Below are positions 1 through 8,926 of a stretch of 64,000 bases of DNA, piece by piece. The stretch is from an uncultured Spirochaetota bacterium. Its GTDB lineage: Bacteria > Spirochaetota > Brevinematia > Brevinematales > JAOACQ01. The notes under the pieces are model-generated. The model ran no database searches, had not been told where the DNA came from, and worked only from the letters and a program-made list of their open reading frames with translations. The stretch lies in the NCBI GenBank assembly GCA_963835575.1, contig CAWIGG010000005.1, positions 96,001-160,000 of the forward strand, written 5' to 3'. Numbering within the stretch: the stretch's first letter is position 1; each line of letters starts with the position of its first letter. Position numbers and translations under genes: made by a program.

Positions 1-562
1 CCTGTACATTGAAGTAAATGCCGTCAACCCATATATAGCAATACTTTTTATCGCTTAAATCGGATGTCCGCCACTCATCATATTCTTTACCCCATCCTTG
101 TTTCATTCTGCTTATACTTGAGGCTGATAATCCTTTCGCTTCTTCACCAAGCAATCCTCTCAAGGCATTCTCCATATCCATCTCTGAGACTCCATAGAGA
201 TACAACAATGGAATGGCTTCCTCAATTCTCAGGCTTTTTCTCATATACGGCGGTACTATTAGGCTTTGAAAATTGTCGCCTCCGAGTCGGTTCCTTGTTC
301 TCGGAATACATACATCAATAGCCCCTCCACCAATGAGAATCTGACGGGCTTTATGATACCCATTTCTTACTATTGCCTTTCTCCCGTCTTCGATAGTTAA
401 ATGCTCTCTCTCCTGAAGAAACCCATTAATTTCATCTTCCAGAGCCTTCTTGATTATTTCCCTGGCCCCGATCCTTGCCAATTCTTCAAGACATAAAAAT
501 TCTACTGTTTCATCTTGATTAAAAGCCTGTAAGAGCTTAAAATCTTCGTTGTGCTTCGGCAT
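1..562 (-). CDS. IS256-family (mutator-type) DDE transposase, N-terminal part, truncated by the window edge
   Basis: Manual minus-strand translation from ATG at 562: MPKHNEDF...LEELARIGAREIIKKALEDEI...RNGY...IPRTR...PPYMRKS...LYLYGVS...GLSASSISR...YIWVDGIYF. These are typical IS256 motifs. Missing from the ORF track because there is no stop in the window. GGAGG RBS upstream. Confidence 0.93.
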   Translation of the reverse strand, partial: MPKHNEDFKLLQAFNQDETVEFLCLEELARIGAREIIKKALEDEINGFLQEREHLTIEDGRKAIVRNGYHKARQILIGGGAIDVCIPRTRNRLGGDNFQSLIVPPYMRKSLRIEEAIPLLYLYGVSEMDMENALRGLLGEEAKGLSASSISRMKQGWGKEYDEWRTSDLSDKKYCYIWVDGIYFNVQ

Positions 563-664
563 ATGGCGTATTCCTCCTTTTGTTTATTGTCGTAAATAAA
601 TTATAGAGGGTACGCCATCTTTTTTATAATATTTATTCCTATACACAACTTTCTATTATAACTC
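1..664 (-). mobile_element. IS256-family insertion sequence, left end (IRL about 637-664)
   Basis: Minus strand begins GAGTTATAATAGAAAGTTGTGTATAGG about 100 bp upstream of the transposase ATG. The other end is outside the window, so the IR pair and TSD cannot be verified. Confidence 0.75.
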
Positions 665-677
665 TATTTTTCTTACA

Positions 678-1313
678 TTATTTGTTAAACGTAAGAGCCA
701 ATAGATCAATTACAAACAAACAGAATATTTCTTCGTTTAAGGAAAAATGTTTTGTGAAAGTCCTGCCGGCAATTGATAGTTCATGAAAAAATCCTGTTAT
801 CAAGAATATAATGGAATATGTGAAATTCACTGTTTCTAAATCAGTACGAATACTCTTATCTTCTTTTCCTTCATCAACAAGTTTCATTATTTTTTTAAAA
901 AGAAAATCATCAAATTCTAAGAATTTCTTGTAATGAGGACTGTCTATATCGTCTGTTTTAACAAACCCCACATAATTCATCAAACTGAATTTATCAGGAT
1001 TATCTATATAGAATTTATAATAAGCCAGTAATCCTGATTTGACTTTTTCATAACCATTTGTTCCCGATGTTATTGAAGATTCCAGGTAAGAATTAAGTTT
1101 CTCATAACATTTTTGTACTACCGCAAAAAATAGGTCTTGTTTATTAATAAAATATCTATACAACGTTTTTTTTGTGAATTCCGAATTCTTGGCTATTTCA
1201 TCCATGGAGCAATTTTCATATCCTTTTTTGGAAAAGAGAAATTCGGCTGTCCTGATAATTTCCGATTCCCGGAATATCTTTTCTCTCTCTCGTCTTGACA
1301 AACTATCATCCAT
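678..1313 (-). CDS. TetR/AcrR family transcriptional regulator
   Basis: N-terminal HTH: AEFLFSKKGYENCSMDEIAKNSEFTKKTLYRYF. Confidence 0.95.
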   Translation of the reverse strand: MDDSLSRREREKIFRESEIIRTAEFLFSKKGYENCSMDEIAKNSEFTKKTLYRYFINKQDLFFAVVQKCYEKLNSYLESSITSGTNGYEKVKSGLLAYYKFYIDNPDKFSLMNYVGFVKTDDIDSPHYKKFLEFDDFLFKKIMKLVDEGKEDKSIRTDLETVNFTYSIIFLITGFFHELSIAGRTFTKHFSLNEEIFCLFVIDLLALTFNK

Positions 1314-1356
1314 TTTTTTACCCCCTTCTTAAATTAAAAAATTTTTTCAAAAGTTA

Positions 1357-1416
1357 TTGACAAAATAAAAATAATTAGGTATACTATCGGTATACTATAT
1401 ACCAGTCAAGTATACC
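1357..1416 (+). promoter_or_regulatory. Sigma70 promoter (TTGACA-N17-TATACT) overlapped by a palindromic operator, probably bound by the TetR protein
   Basis: TTGACA 1357-1362, TATACT 1380-1385; GGTATACT at 1378 and 1389 with inverted TATACC (1398) and AGTATACC (1409-1416), between divergent genes. Confidence 0.75.
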
Positions 1417-1452
1417 ATATTTTAACAATGAAGTCAATTTCAGGAGGTTGAT

Positions 1453-2322
1453 ATGAACAGAAAAATAGGGATTTTTTACTTTTCCGCGACGGGAAATACT
1501 GAAATCATTACAGATTTAATAAAAAAAGAGTTTATAAAGCATGATTTTCGTGTTGAAGTCAAAAAAATCGAGGATATTATGCAAAATAAAATTACGATTA
1601 ACCCGGATGAGTATGATTTAATAGGAATTGGAAGTCCGGTAATAGCTTTTGCAACTCCAAAAATTGTTCATAATTTTCTAAAAGTTATGCCGGACGGAAA
1701 TTCAAAAAAAATATTTATCTTCAAAACCGCTGGAGGTGTCGCCCCCCGCAATTATAACGCCTCAGCATCTATGATCAAGAAATTAACGAAAAAAAAATAT
1801 GACGTTATTTATGAAAGAATGTTTTCGATCGGCAGCAATTGGATCTTTAAATTCGACAATGAAATAACCAAACAACTCTATAAAGCTGCAATGCATAAAG
1901 TGGAAATTATGTGCAATGAAATAATAAATGGTAAAAGACGATCATTAATTGCTCCAATTTCTGTAAAAATTATGACAGGCAGTCTCTGGCTTCTTGATAA
2001 AATAATCGTCAAATTTATTGCTAAGGACTATAAAGTAAATAAAGCTTGCAACCTCTGCGGAGTATGTATAAAAAAGTGCCCCTGCCAGAATATTCACCAA
2101 AAAGAAGATAAGATAAAATTCGGGCTTTCCTACACCTTTTGCATGCGATGCGTCTATATATGTCCGAAGAAGGCGATTTCATTTAGAATATTTTCATTTT
2201 TTGCCATTAAGGAAGGATACAATCCGCATACTATTTTAAACAGCCCGGATACCAATACTGATTTATCAAAAATATTTGTTCCTCCTTTTTTCAAAAATTA
2301 TGTCCAAAATGACGATTTATAG
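1453..2322 (+). CDS. EFR1-type flavodoxin-like/ferredoxin fusion protein
   Basis: N-terminal FYFSATGNT flavodoxin motif; C-terminal CNLCGVCIKKCP and YTFCMRCVYICP Fe-S motifs. Confidence 0.88.
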   Translation: MNRKIGIFYFSATGNTEIITDLIKKEFIKHDFRVEVKKIEDIMQNKITINPDEYDLIGIGSPVIAFATPKIVHNFLKVMPDGNSKKIFIFKTAGGVAPRNYNASASMIKKLTKKKYDVIYERMFSIGSNWIFKFDNEITKQLYKAAMHKVEIMCNEIINGKRRSLIAPISVKIMTGSLWLLDKIIVKFIAKDYKVNKACNLCGVCIKKCPCQNIHQKEDKIKFGLSYTFCMRCVYICPKKAISFRIFSFFAIKEGYNPHTILNSPDTNTDLSKIFVPPFFKNYVQNDDL

Positions 2323-2331
2323 GCTATAAAT

Positions 2332-2838
2332 ATGGACAAAGAAAATAATCCGGTGTTTAAACTTTATTCTAAAGCTTTTAAAGATGGACAAGCAATTCCA
2401 GATGCTTATTCAAGCACTAAAAAAGGAAAAAATATTTCTCCTCCGTTTTACTGGATCAATGTACCTGATAAGACTGAAAGTCTCGTCCTGATGCAAGAGG
2501 ATATAGACACCCCATGGTTATTTTCCGCTTTTATTGGGAAAATCATCATACATTGGATTATGTATAATATTCCTTCAAATAAAAGAGAATTAAAAGAAGG
2601 AATTCCTGTAAAAAAAATTTTAAATGATGGCAGTATTCAAGCAAAAAATATATTCCGGCAAAATGGTTATCTTGGGCCGAATCCTATCTGGGGAATGCAC
2701 AGATATAGATTTACGCTTTATGCACTGGATATAATTGTTAATTCACAAAAAATACTGAATAAAAACAAACTGGTAAAATTTATGAAAGGCCACATTTTAG
2801 CTCAGGCGCAAATAATGGGATTTTATACAAAAGAGTAA
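2332..2838 (+). CDS. YbhB/YbcL family (PEBP, Raf kinase inhibitor-like) protein
   Basis: S-AF..G..IP, NISPP, D.D.P, HW...NIP, GY.GP.P..G.HRY.FTLYALD motifs. Confidence 0.92.
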   Translation: MDKENNPVFKLYSKAFKDGQAIPDAYSSTKKGKNISPPFYWINVPDKTESLVLMQEDIDTPWLFSAFIGKIIIHWIMYNIPSNKRELKEGIPVKKILNDGSIQAKNIFRQNGYLGPNPIWGMHRYRFTLYALDIIVNSQKILNKNKLVKFMKGHILAQAQIMGFYTKE

Positions 2839-2907
2839 ACCCTTCTTGAGTATACTATTTTTTATGTTATACTATATTAATTCATTAATCAGGAGCAGAC
2901 AAACGTC

Positions 2908-4116
2908 ATGAACAAAAAGGAAAATTACAAAACACTCTTGGACAAAGATCTTCTATCGTTTTTCAGAAAGGTCATCCGGCTTTCATTCTCTTTTCCTTCT
3001 TTGGTCCCTTTTGCGGTCAAAACCCTGTTCAACCAGGCAAAAGCGGCCAGATTGAGAAGGTATTGGAAATCAAAGTCTCTGGAAGTGCCTCCCATATTGA
3101 TAACAAGCATTACAAATCGCTGTAATTTAAAATGCGCGGGCTGCTATAATAAAGCCCAGGAAAGGACTGAGGGCGGCGGCATTGACGCCGGTTTATTCAA
3201 AAATATTCTTTCAGAAGCAAAAGAGATAGGTTCTTTTATCGTCTTCCTGAGCGGAGGCGAGCCTATGACGCGCCCCGATATTTTATCCCTGACAGGCGGC
3301 TTTCCTGAAATAATTTTTCCTCTTTTTACAAACGGACTTATCATTAATGAAAAGCATATCAATCTCTGGAAGAAACAGAAGAACATTACCCCGGTGATCA
3401 GTCTGGAGGGCAATGAACAGGCGACCGATAACCGCCGCGGCGGCGGAGTGTTTCAAAAAGTACAAGAAGTTTCGTTACTCTTGAAGAATGCCGGGCTTTT
3501 ATTCGGCTATTCCATGACAGCCACCAGGAAGAATTTCCTTGCATTGACGGATGAAACTTTTATTAAAAGCCTAATAAATAACGGCGCCAGGATATTCATA
3601 TTTGTCGAATACCAGCCCATTGATGAAGAAACCGGGAACCTGTCTTTAAACAATGAAGAAAGGAATATATTATTGGATAAGATCTCATTCCTGAGAAAGA
3701 AACTTCCGGGCTTATTTGTTGCATTCCCCGGCGAAGAAGAACAATACGGCGGCTGCCTTTCCTCGGGCAGAGGATTTCTTCATATCAGCGCCGATTCAAA
3801 TCTTGAGCCCTGTCCATTCGCCCCTTATTCCGACGTGAACTTGAAAAATATGTCTTTAAAAGAAGGTCTCCGCTCCGCCTTTCTCCGGAAAATCAGGGAT
3901 AATCATGCCGGCTTAAAAGAAACAGCCGGCTGCGCCCTCTGGGAAAAGAGAGAATGGGTTAAATCGCTTCTTCAACACAAAGAACAAAGATCAGAGGCGG
4001 GTAATATTCACTTTCTTCACCAGGCGCTTTTCCAGGCGGCTGATGATAAAAAAGTACAGCGCCCCCGCGGCCAGGCCGGAGGCAATGCTCAAACCCTCGG
4101 AGATGAAGAGCCTTAA
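2908..4116 (+). CDS. Radical SAM protein with C-terminal SPASM/twitch region
   Basis: CNLKCAGC motif, SGGEP, FTNG, GCLSSGRG...EPCPF. The last ~40 codons overlap the convergent gene and are probably non-conserved tail. Confidence 0.9.
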   Translation: MNKKENYKTLLDKDLLSFFRKVIRLSFSFPSLVPFAVKTLFNQAKAARLRRYWKSKSLEVPPILITSITNRCNLKCAGCYNKAQERTEGGGIDAGLFKNILSEAKEIGSFIVFLSGGEPMTRPDILSLTGGFPEIIFPLFTNGLIINEKHINLWKKQKNITPVISLEGNEQATDNRRGGGVFQKVQEVSLLLKNAGLLFGYSMTATRKNFLALTDETFIKSLINNGARIFIFVEYQPIDEETGNLSLNNEERNILLDKISFLRKKLPGLFVAFPGEEEQYGGCLSSGRGFLHISADSNLEPCPFAPYSDVNLKNMSLKEGLRSAFLRKIRDNHAGLKETAGCALWEKREWVKSLLQHKEQRSEAGNIHFLHQALFQAADDKKVQRPRGQAGGNAQTLGDEEP

Positions 4117-4383
4117 AAGAACAAAAGCCCCGAGGAAAACCAGAAGCGGCGCGATGAAGAGCAGGAACGCGATGAATATGGAATAGCCCTCGTTTATTTC
4201 GACACAGACTTTCGCGCCTTCCTCAAAGCCGGCGCGCGCGGTCAGTTCAATAAAGCGCTTTTCCGCCTGCGAGGAGCAGATCCCTTTTATACCGCATTTT
4301 TCACATGAGCCGGCCCCCTCTCCTTCTATCTTAATGATCATTTTACTGTCTTTGATTTTTTCAACAATACCGGTTTCCCGCAT
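3991..4383 (-). CDS. SoxR-reducing system RseC/MucC family membrane protein
   Basis: MRETGIV start, SCEKCGIKGIC cysteine cluster, two C-terminal TM helices. Confidence 0.85.
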   Translation of the reverse strand: MRETGIVEKIKDSKMIIKIEGEGAGSCEKCGIKGICSSQAEKRFIELTARAGFEEGAKVCVEINEGYSIFIAFLLFIAPLLVFLGAFVLLRLFISEGLSIASGLAAGALYFFIISRLEKRLVKKVNITRL

Positions 4384-4423
4384 ATGCTTTACTCCCAGTT
4401 AATTGATATATATTCTTAAAATT

Positions 4424-4740
4424 CAACACGAAGACACGAAGCGATGCCCCGAGCTTGCCGAGGGGAGCACTAAGAATCACCAACTGAATATTTTTGTTTT
4501 TTATACTTTATGATTTATTTTACCTATTCGTGTTTATTCGTGTCATTCATGGTTCCCCGTTCAAGAACCTCTTCGCGTCAATTCGCGTGTATTAGCGGAT
4601 TACCCGTGATCTTCCGCTAAGTCACGCGAAGACACGCTAATTTAAATTTATTTTACAAAATCATTAGCTTATTCGCGTCATTAGCGGGCTTTTATTTTCC
4701 TTTCCCCTTCGCGTCCATTCGTGTGCATTAGCGGATCATC
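4424..4740. repeat. Cluster of 8-9-nt periodic inverted-arm intergenic repeats
   Basis: ACACGAAG-ACACGAAG left arm, ATTCGTG/ATTCGCG/ATTAGCGG right arms; 4671-4720 is nearly identical to 14750-14810. Confidence 0.75.
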
Positions 4741-4836
4741 CGGTCTTATTAAAGTATAGTGATTTTAATCCAATATTTCAAATTATAAGATTCTTTCCGC
4801 TTGACAAAACAGGGCTGTATTCGCTAAGATATCTTT

Positions 4837-5037
4837 ATGAAAAATAAAGATTGCAAAATTGCCATGAGCGGCCATGATGTATTAAAGCTATATATCAGGA
4901 ACGGATGGAAAGAGCTCCGGCAGAAAGGGAGCCATATTCAGGTCGGGAAAAACGGGAATGTCCAGACCATCCCCCTGCACCCGGCTCTGGCTTTCGGCCT
5001 TGAACACGCTTTATGCAAAAGATTAGAGGCGGTCTGA
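4837..5037 (+). CDS. hicA: HicA family toxin (type II TA)
   Basis: GW...RQKGSH...TIPLH motif, 66 aa; TTGACA at 4801 upstream. Confidence 0.9.
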   Translation: MKNKDCKIAMSGHDVLKLYIRNGWKELRQKGSHIQVGKNGNVQTIPLHPALAFGLEHALCKRLEAV

Positions 5038-5038
5038 A

Positions 5039-5467
5039 TTGCGCTATCATTTTATCATCCACCGGGAAAAAAAATCTTTATGGGCCGAATGCGTTGAGCT
5101 CAAATGGTGCGTCACTCAATCGGAAGATAATTCGAGGGAAAGCCTGCGGAAGAACATGGAGGAAGCGCTGAACCTTTATCTCGAGAGACTGGATCAGGAT
5201 GAGAAAATCATACTCCCGGAAAGGACAATAAAAAAAAGAAATATAGAAGCGGTTAGAGTCGAACCTTGTACGGCTTTTTCTCTTTTATTAAGACATGAAA
5301 GGAATAAAAAAGGTCTGGCCCCGGAAGATACTGCCCGGCTGTTGGGATTCAATGACTCTAAGAGCTATCAGAAGCTTGAAACTCCCGGGGCAAACCCGGA
5401 ATTTACCATCCTGGAAAAGATTATGAAGGTCTTTCCCGGTTTTGATCTGAATATGCTATTTAATTAA
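5039..5467 (+). CDS. hicB: HicB family antitoxin with C-terminal XRE HTH
   Basis: WAECVELKWCVTQ...NMEEALNLYL HicB fold followed by an HTH; directly after hicA, TTG start. Confidence 0.88.
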   Translation: MRYHFIIHREKKSLWAECVELKWCVTQSEDNSRESLRKNMEEALNLYLERLDQDEKIILPERTIKKRNIEAVRVEPCTAFSLLLRHERNKKGLAPEDTARLLGFNDSKSYQKLETPGANPEFTILEKIMKVFPGFDLNMLFN

Positions 5468-5468
5468 C

Positions 5469-6140
5469 TTAAGGCTCTCCCGCCAACTGGCTTTCGCTGT
5501 CGATAAACTCCACCTTCATCCTCAACTGCTTGATCCTTGTAATGGAAGCCGGAGGCATATACTTCTGAGGGTTGATTTCAATGATATCGCCGTTCTTGGC
5601 GCTCTGGGACAGCAAATAATTAAACCGTTCTATAACACGGATAAAGCCCTTTCCACCGCACCTGTGGCATTCCCACCGGCTGCCGCTGCAGTCGGGACAG
5701 ACTGATTTGGCCGGCACTTCCAGCGGTACTGCGGCGCCAAGCTTCACCTCAAGAGGCGTCAGATAAACAATAATATCCTGGCCCAGGAATTCGACATAGT
5801 CTTTATGCTTGAGACTCCTGTGTATTCTGATTTCGCTCTTTAAGATTTTGTCTAAAGAAAGGCTGTACTCGATCCTGTCCTGAGGCGCTAAAAAAACAGT
5901 CGCGTTTTGATTTGTTTTTCTGACCGATTCGGCCGTCCATTCCTTATAGAGTTTTTTATTATATTCCTCTCTCTTTTTTTCATCAATGAGCGTTTTATAC
6001 GCGTCCAGGATCAATCTGTAATCAACTGAGGATCCTTTTGAAATATCAGGATGGTGCTTTTTCGATATTTTTCTGAAGCTTTCCTTGATCATATCCATTG
6101 TGGCATGGTAGGGCACATTCAGCATTTCATAATAATTCAT
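5469..6140 (-). CDS. DnaJ-domain protein with short zinc finger
   Basis: NYYEML...HHPD J-domain; CPDCSG...CHRCGGKG. Confidence 0.88.
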   Translation of the reverse strand: MNYYEMLNVPYHATMDMIKESFRKISKKHHPDISKGSSVDYRLILDAYKTLIDEKKREEYNKKLYKEWTAESVRKTNQNATVFLAPQDRIEYSLSLDKILKSEIRIHRSLKHKDYVEFLGQDIIVYLTPLEVKLGAAVPLEVPAKSVCPDCSGSRWECHRCGGKGFIRVIERFNYLLSQSAKNGDIIEINPQKYMPPASITRIKQLRMKVEFIDSESQLAGEP

Positions 6141-6429
6141 CTCTTTACTCTCTCAACATTAATAATATTAAGGCCGGCCTGAAAAAATGGCAATTAAAGA
6201 ATAAAAAAAGTTCCTGAAAAGTCTTGACTTTAAATTTTCTCATATATAATATATACATAAGTTCTATGCTTATTTAATATTAAAGCCTTTCTTGAGGTTG
6301 AGGCAGTATCCCGCCCTAAACCCGCCCGGCGAAGAGCGGCAGTCTGCTCTTCTCCTCAAATTAATAACTGATTAAAAGTAAAATAACATTTTAATTTTTT
6401 AGAGTATTAAATAGAGCGGAGGATTCAAT

Positions 6430-7179
6430 ATGTTCAATATCGCTTATGTTTATGTTTTAGTGTTTGTCGTCATTATTCTCTTCATGGTCATCAAAATCGT
6501 CACGGAATACGAACGTCTTGTTGTCTTCAGACTCGGGAAATTCTACAAAGTAAAGGGGCCGGGCCTTGTTATTATCATACCCGGCGTCGACAGGCCTGTG
6601 CGCGTAGGCCTCCGGACCGTTGCTCTGGACGTACCGCCGCAGGATGTTATTACAAAAGATAATGTGTCCATCAGCGTCAACGCGGTCGTTTATTTCAGGA
6701 TCATTCATCCTGAAAAAGCGATCATTGAGGTCGAGGATTTTATGTTCGCGACATCGCAGATTTCCCAGACAACTCTCAGGAGTATTCTCGGCCAGTTCGA
6801 ACTGGATGACCTCCTGTCGCAAAGGGACAAGATTAACGTTAAACTGCAGGAAATCATCGACCAGGCGACAGACCCCTGGGGCATCAAAGTGTCCACAGTG
6901 GAGGTTAAAGACGTTGTCCTTCCGGCGGAAATGAAGCGCGCTATTTCCATGCAGGCGGAAGCTGAAAGGGAAAGAAGGGCAAAAATTATCGCCGCAGAAG
7001 GGGAACTGCAGGCTTCGCAGAAGCTTCTGGAAGCTGCCCGGACTATGAGCCAGGAACATATTACCATCCAGCTCCGCTATCTGCAGACCCTGGTCGCGAT
7101 TTCTTCGGAGAACGCGACAACAATAGTATTCCCGCTCCCGATGGATTTAATAGAACTGCTGGGTAAGAATAAAAAATAA
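6430..7179 (+). CDS. SPFH/stomatin (slipin) family protein
   Basis: [40 protein letters not shown]. Confidence 0.96.
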   Translation: MFNIAYVYVLVFVVIILFMVIKIVTEYERLVVFRLGKFYKVKGPGLVIIIPGVDRPVRVGLRTVALDVPPQDVITKDNVSISVNAVVYFRIIHPEKAIIEVEDFMFATSQISQTTLRSILGQFELDDLLSQRDKINVKLQEIIDQATDPWGIKVSTVEVKDVVLPAEMKRAISMQAEAERERRAKIIAAEGELQASQKLLEAARTMSQEHITIQLRYLQTLVAISSENATTIVFPLPMDLIELLGKNKK

Positions 7180-7238
7180 AGTTTGAGGGAGGATTTCCGC
7201 CCCCCCCGCAGATAACTAATATTATAAGATTGTTTTCT

Positions 7239-7265
7239 TAAGAAATGCTCTTTTATTGCCGATTT
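7239..7265 (+). promoter_or_regulatory. Putative sigma28 (FliA) promoter
   Basis: TAAG-N15-GCCGATTT about 60 bp upstream of fliS (consensus TAAA-N15-GCCGATAA). Confidence 0.65.
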
Positions 7266-7325
7266 ATGATATGAAAATGAAATTCGATAAAAGAAGAGTT
7301 TATTTAAAGGATAAGCGGGGTCTGC

Positions 7326-7736
7326 ATGGAAGGATATAAAAACTACCGTGAAGTGGAAATCGAAACGGCCAGCGGCCTGCGCCTGGTGGTGATGTTATAT
7401 GCCGGAGCCATCAAGTTTTTAAATATCGCGAAAGAAGGGATCAACAGTAAAAAACTGGATGTGGCCAATAATAATATCATCAAAGCGCAGGATATCGTGT
7501 CCGAATTGATGACCTCTCTTAACTTTGATGCCGGTGAAATAGCGAGTAATCTATACAGCCTGTATATTTACATTAATAGACGCTTACTGGAAGCGAATAT
7601 TGAGAAAAACTCGGAGATTATTAATGAGGTAATACGCCTTCTCAGTTCGCTCAAGAACGCCTGGGAAGAGCTTTTAAAAAAAGAAAAAACAATCGATCCC
7701 GTTACTAAAACAAACAGTTTGAATATATCAGGATAG
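7326..7736 (+). CDS. fliS: Flagellar export chaperone FliS
   Basis: Y...IETAS..LVVMLY.GAIKFL, KAQDIVSELM.SL, GEIA.NLYSLY.Y, AWEEL. Confidence 0.96.
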   Translation: MEGYKNYREVEIETASGLRLVVMLYAGAIKFLNIAKEGINSKKLDVANNNIIKAQDIVSELMTSLNFDAGEIASNLYSLYIYINRRLLEANIEKNSEIINEVIRLLSSLKNAWEELLKKEKTIDPVTKTNSLNISG

Positions 7737-7787
7737 TTCTCTGTTTGTTTAAAATCGGACCCAGTTTTTTGTAAGTGAGGTCTTCCA

Positions 7788-8921
7788 ATGCCGGATGAAA
7801 AGATTCAAGGCTTAGATGATATAATTACAGACATGAATATTGAAACCATTACACTCGATGATGTTGAGCTGAGTGATATTGAAAGTCTGCAGCCTGTTTC
7901 TACAGAGCCTTTTATATCGAATAATCTTTCTTCTTCAGAAGAAGTGTCTTACGAGACGGTTCATAATCCTATTGGCGATTCAAGCAGTCAGATATCCATA
8001 CCCAATCTTGACGTGATCCAAAATACCCCCGAACCGGAAATCCCTTCTGAAAATCCCATGGAATTCGATGAATCGATCAAAAAAGAAAGCAGCCTTTATT
8101 CAAAACGGGAAGGCATGGATGTTCTCAATAAATTATTTACGTCCGAAGATGATATTATTTCAATTGAAGGCAGCGAACTGGACAAACTTATTTATGGGGA
8201 TCTGAGCGGCGATCTGATTTATAAAGCGCCGACTTACGCCCCGACCCAGGAAGAAAGCGCGGCGCCGGTTAAAAAACCCGGAAAAACAGCAAATATTATT
8301 GATGATATTCCTGTTCTGGAAGAAGCTGCGATAGAGGAAGAAATTCCAATAATAATGGAAGAGACGGTAAAGGAAGAAAATCTTATCCCGGCCATGGATC
8401 TGGGCATAGAAGAGATTGATCTTACCGAAGAACCTTCTTCTGATAAAGAATTTAATTTTGATCTGTCCGCGATACCGGATGTATCCCGGGTCGAAGAGGA
8501 TGAGCCGATCGCTCTTTCAATTGATGAATTGAACAAAATAGACATCTCGGACGGGAATGTGATCGATTACGAAGCGCCTCAGGTCCCCGAAGTTTCAATT
8601 TCCGCTATTGAAACTGAAGAAGATGAAAATGTTGAGATTTCTCTCGATGAACTTAATAGAATCGAAGCGGATATGTCGCAATCGGACAAGATCTCGCCGG
8701 ATGCTTACGTTTTCGAATCCCCGGAATCAATAGAACAGAAAGAACAGATCATCGACGAAAAAATTGATCCCCTCAGCTCCGCATCAAAAGAAGAATTAAA
8801 GAAAGTACTGAAGTATATTGACAAGCTCCTTGAAAACCTGCCTGAAGAAAAAATAAAGGAATTCGCAAAATCCGAATATTATGACTTATACTCAAAAATC
8901 TTGAATAAATTAGGAATATAA
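7788..8921 (+). CDS. Hypothetical highly acidic, low-complexity protein with helical C-terminal domain
   Basis: D/E-rich with repeated ISLDEL-like motifs; C-terminal ELKKVLKYIDKLLENLPEEKIKEFAKSEYYDLY. Confidence 0.75.
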   Translation: MPDEKIQGLDDIITDMNIETITLDDVELSDIESLQPVSTEPFISNNLSSSEEVSYETVHNPIGDSSSQISIPNLDVIQNTPEPEIPSENPMEFDESIKKESSLYSKREGMDVLNKLFTSEDDIISIEGSELDKLIYGDLSGDLIYKAPTYAPTQEESAAPVKKPGKTANIIDDIPVLEEAAIEEEIPIIMEETVKEENLIPAMDLGIEEIDLTEEPSSDKEFNFDLSAIPDVSRVEEDEPIALSIDELNKIDISDGNVIDYEAPQVPEVSISAIETEEDENVEISLDELNRIEADMSQSDKISPDAYVFESPESIEQKEQIIDEKIDPLSSASKEELKKVLKYIDKLLENLPEEKIKEFAKSEYYDLYSKILNKLGI

Positions 8922-8926
8922 GAGAA

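Noticed and set aside
64..321. 85-aa plus-strand ORF
   Set aside because: Antisense to the IS256 transposase.
3991..4116. Functional overlapping coding region between the radical SAM and rseC-like genes
   Set aside because: The radical SAM tail after WVKSLL looks like read-through into the antisense strand of the neighbour.
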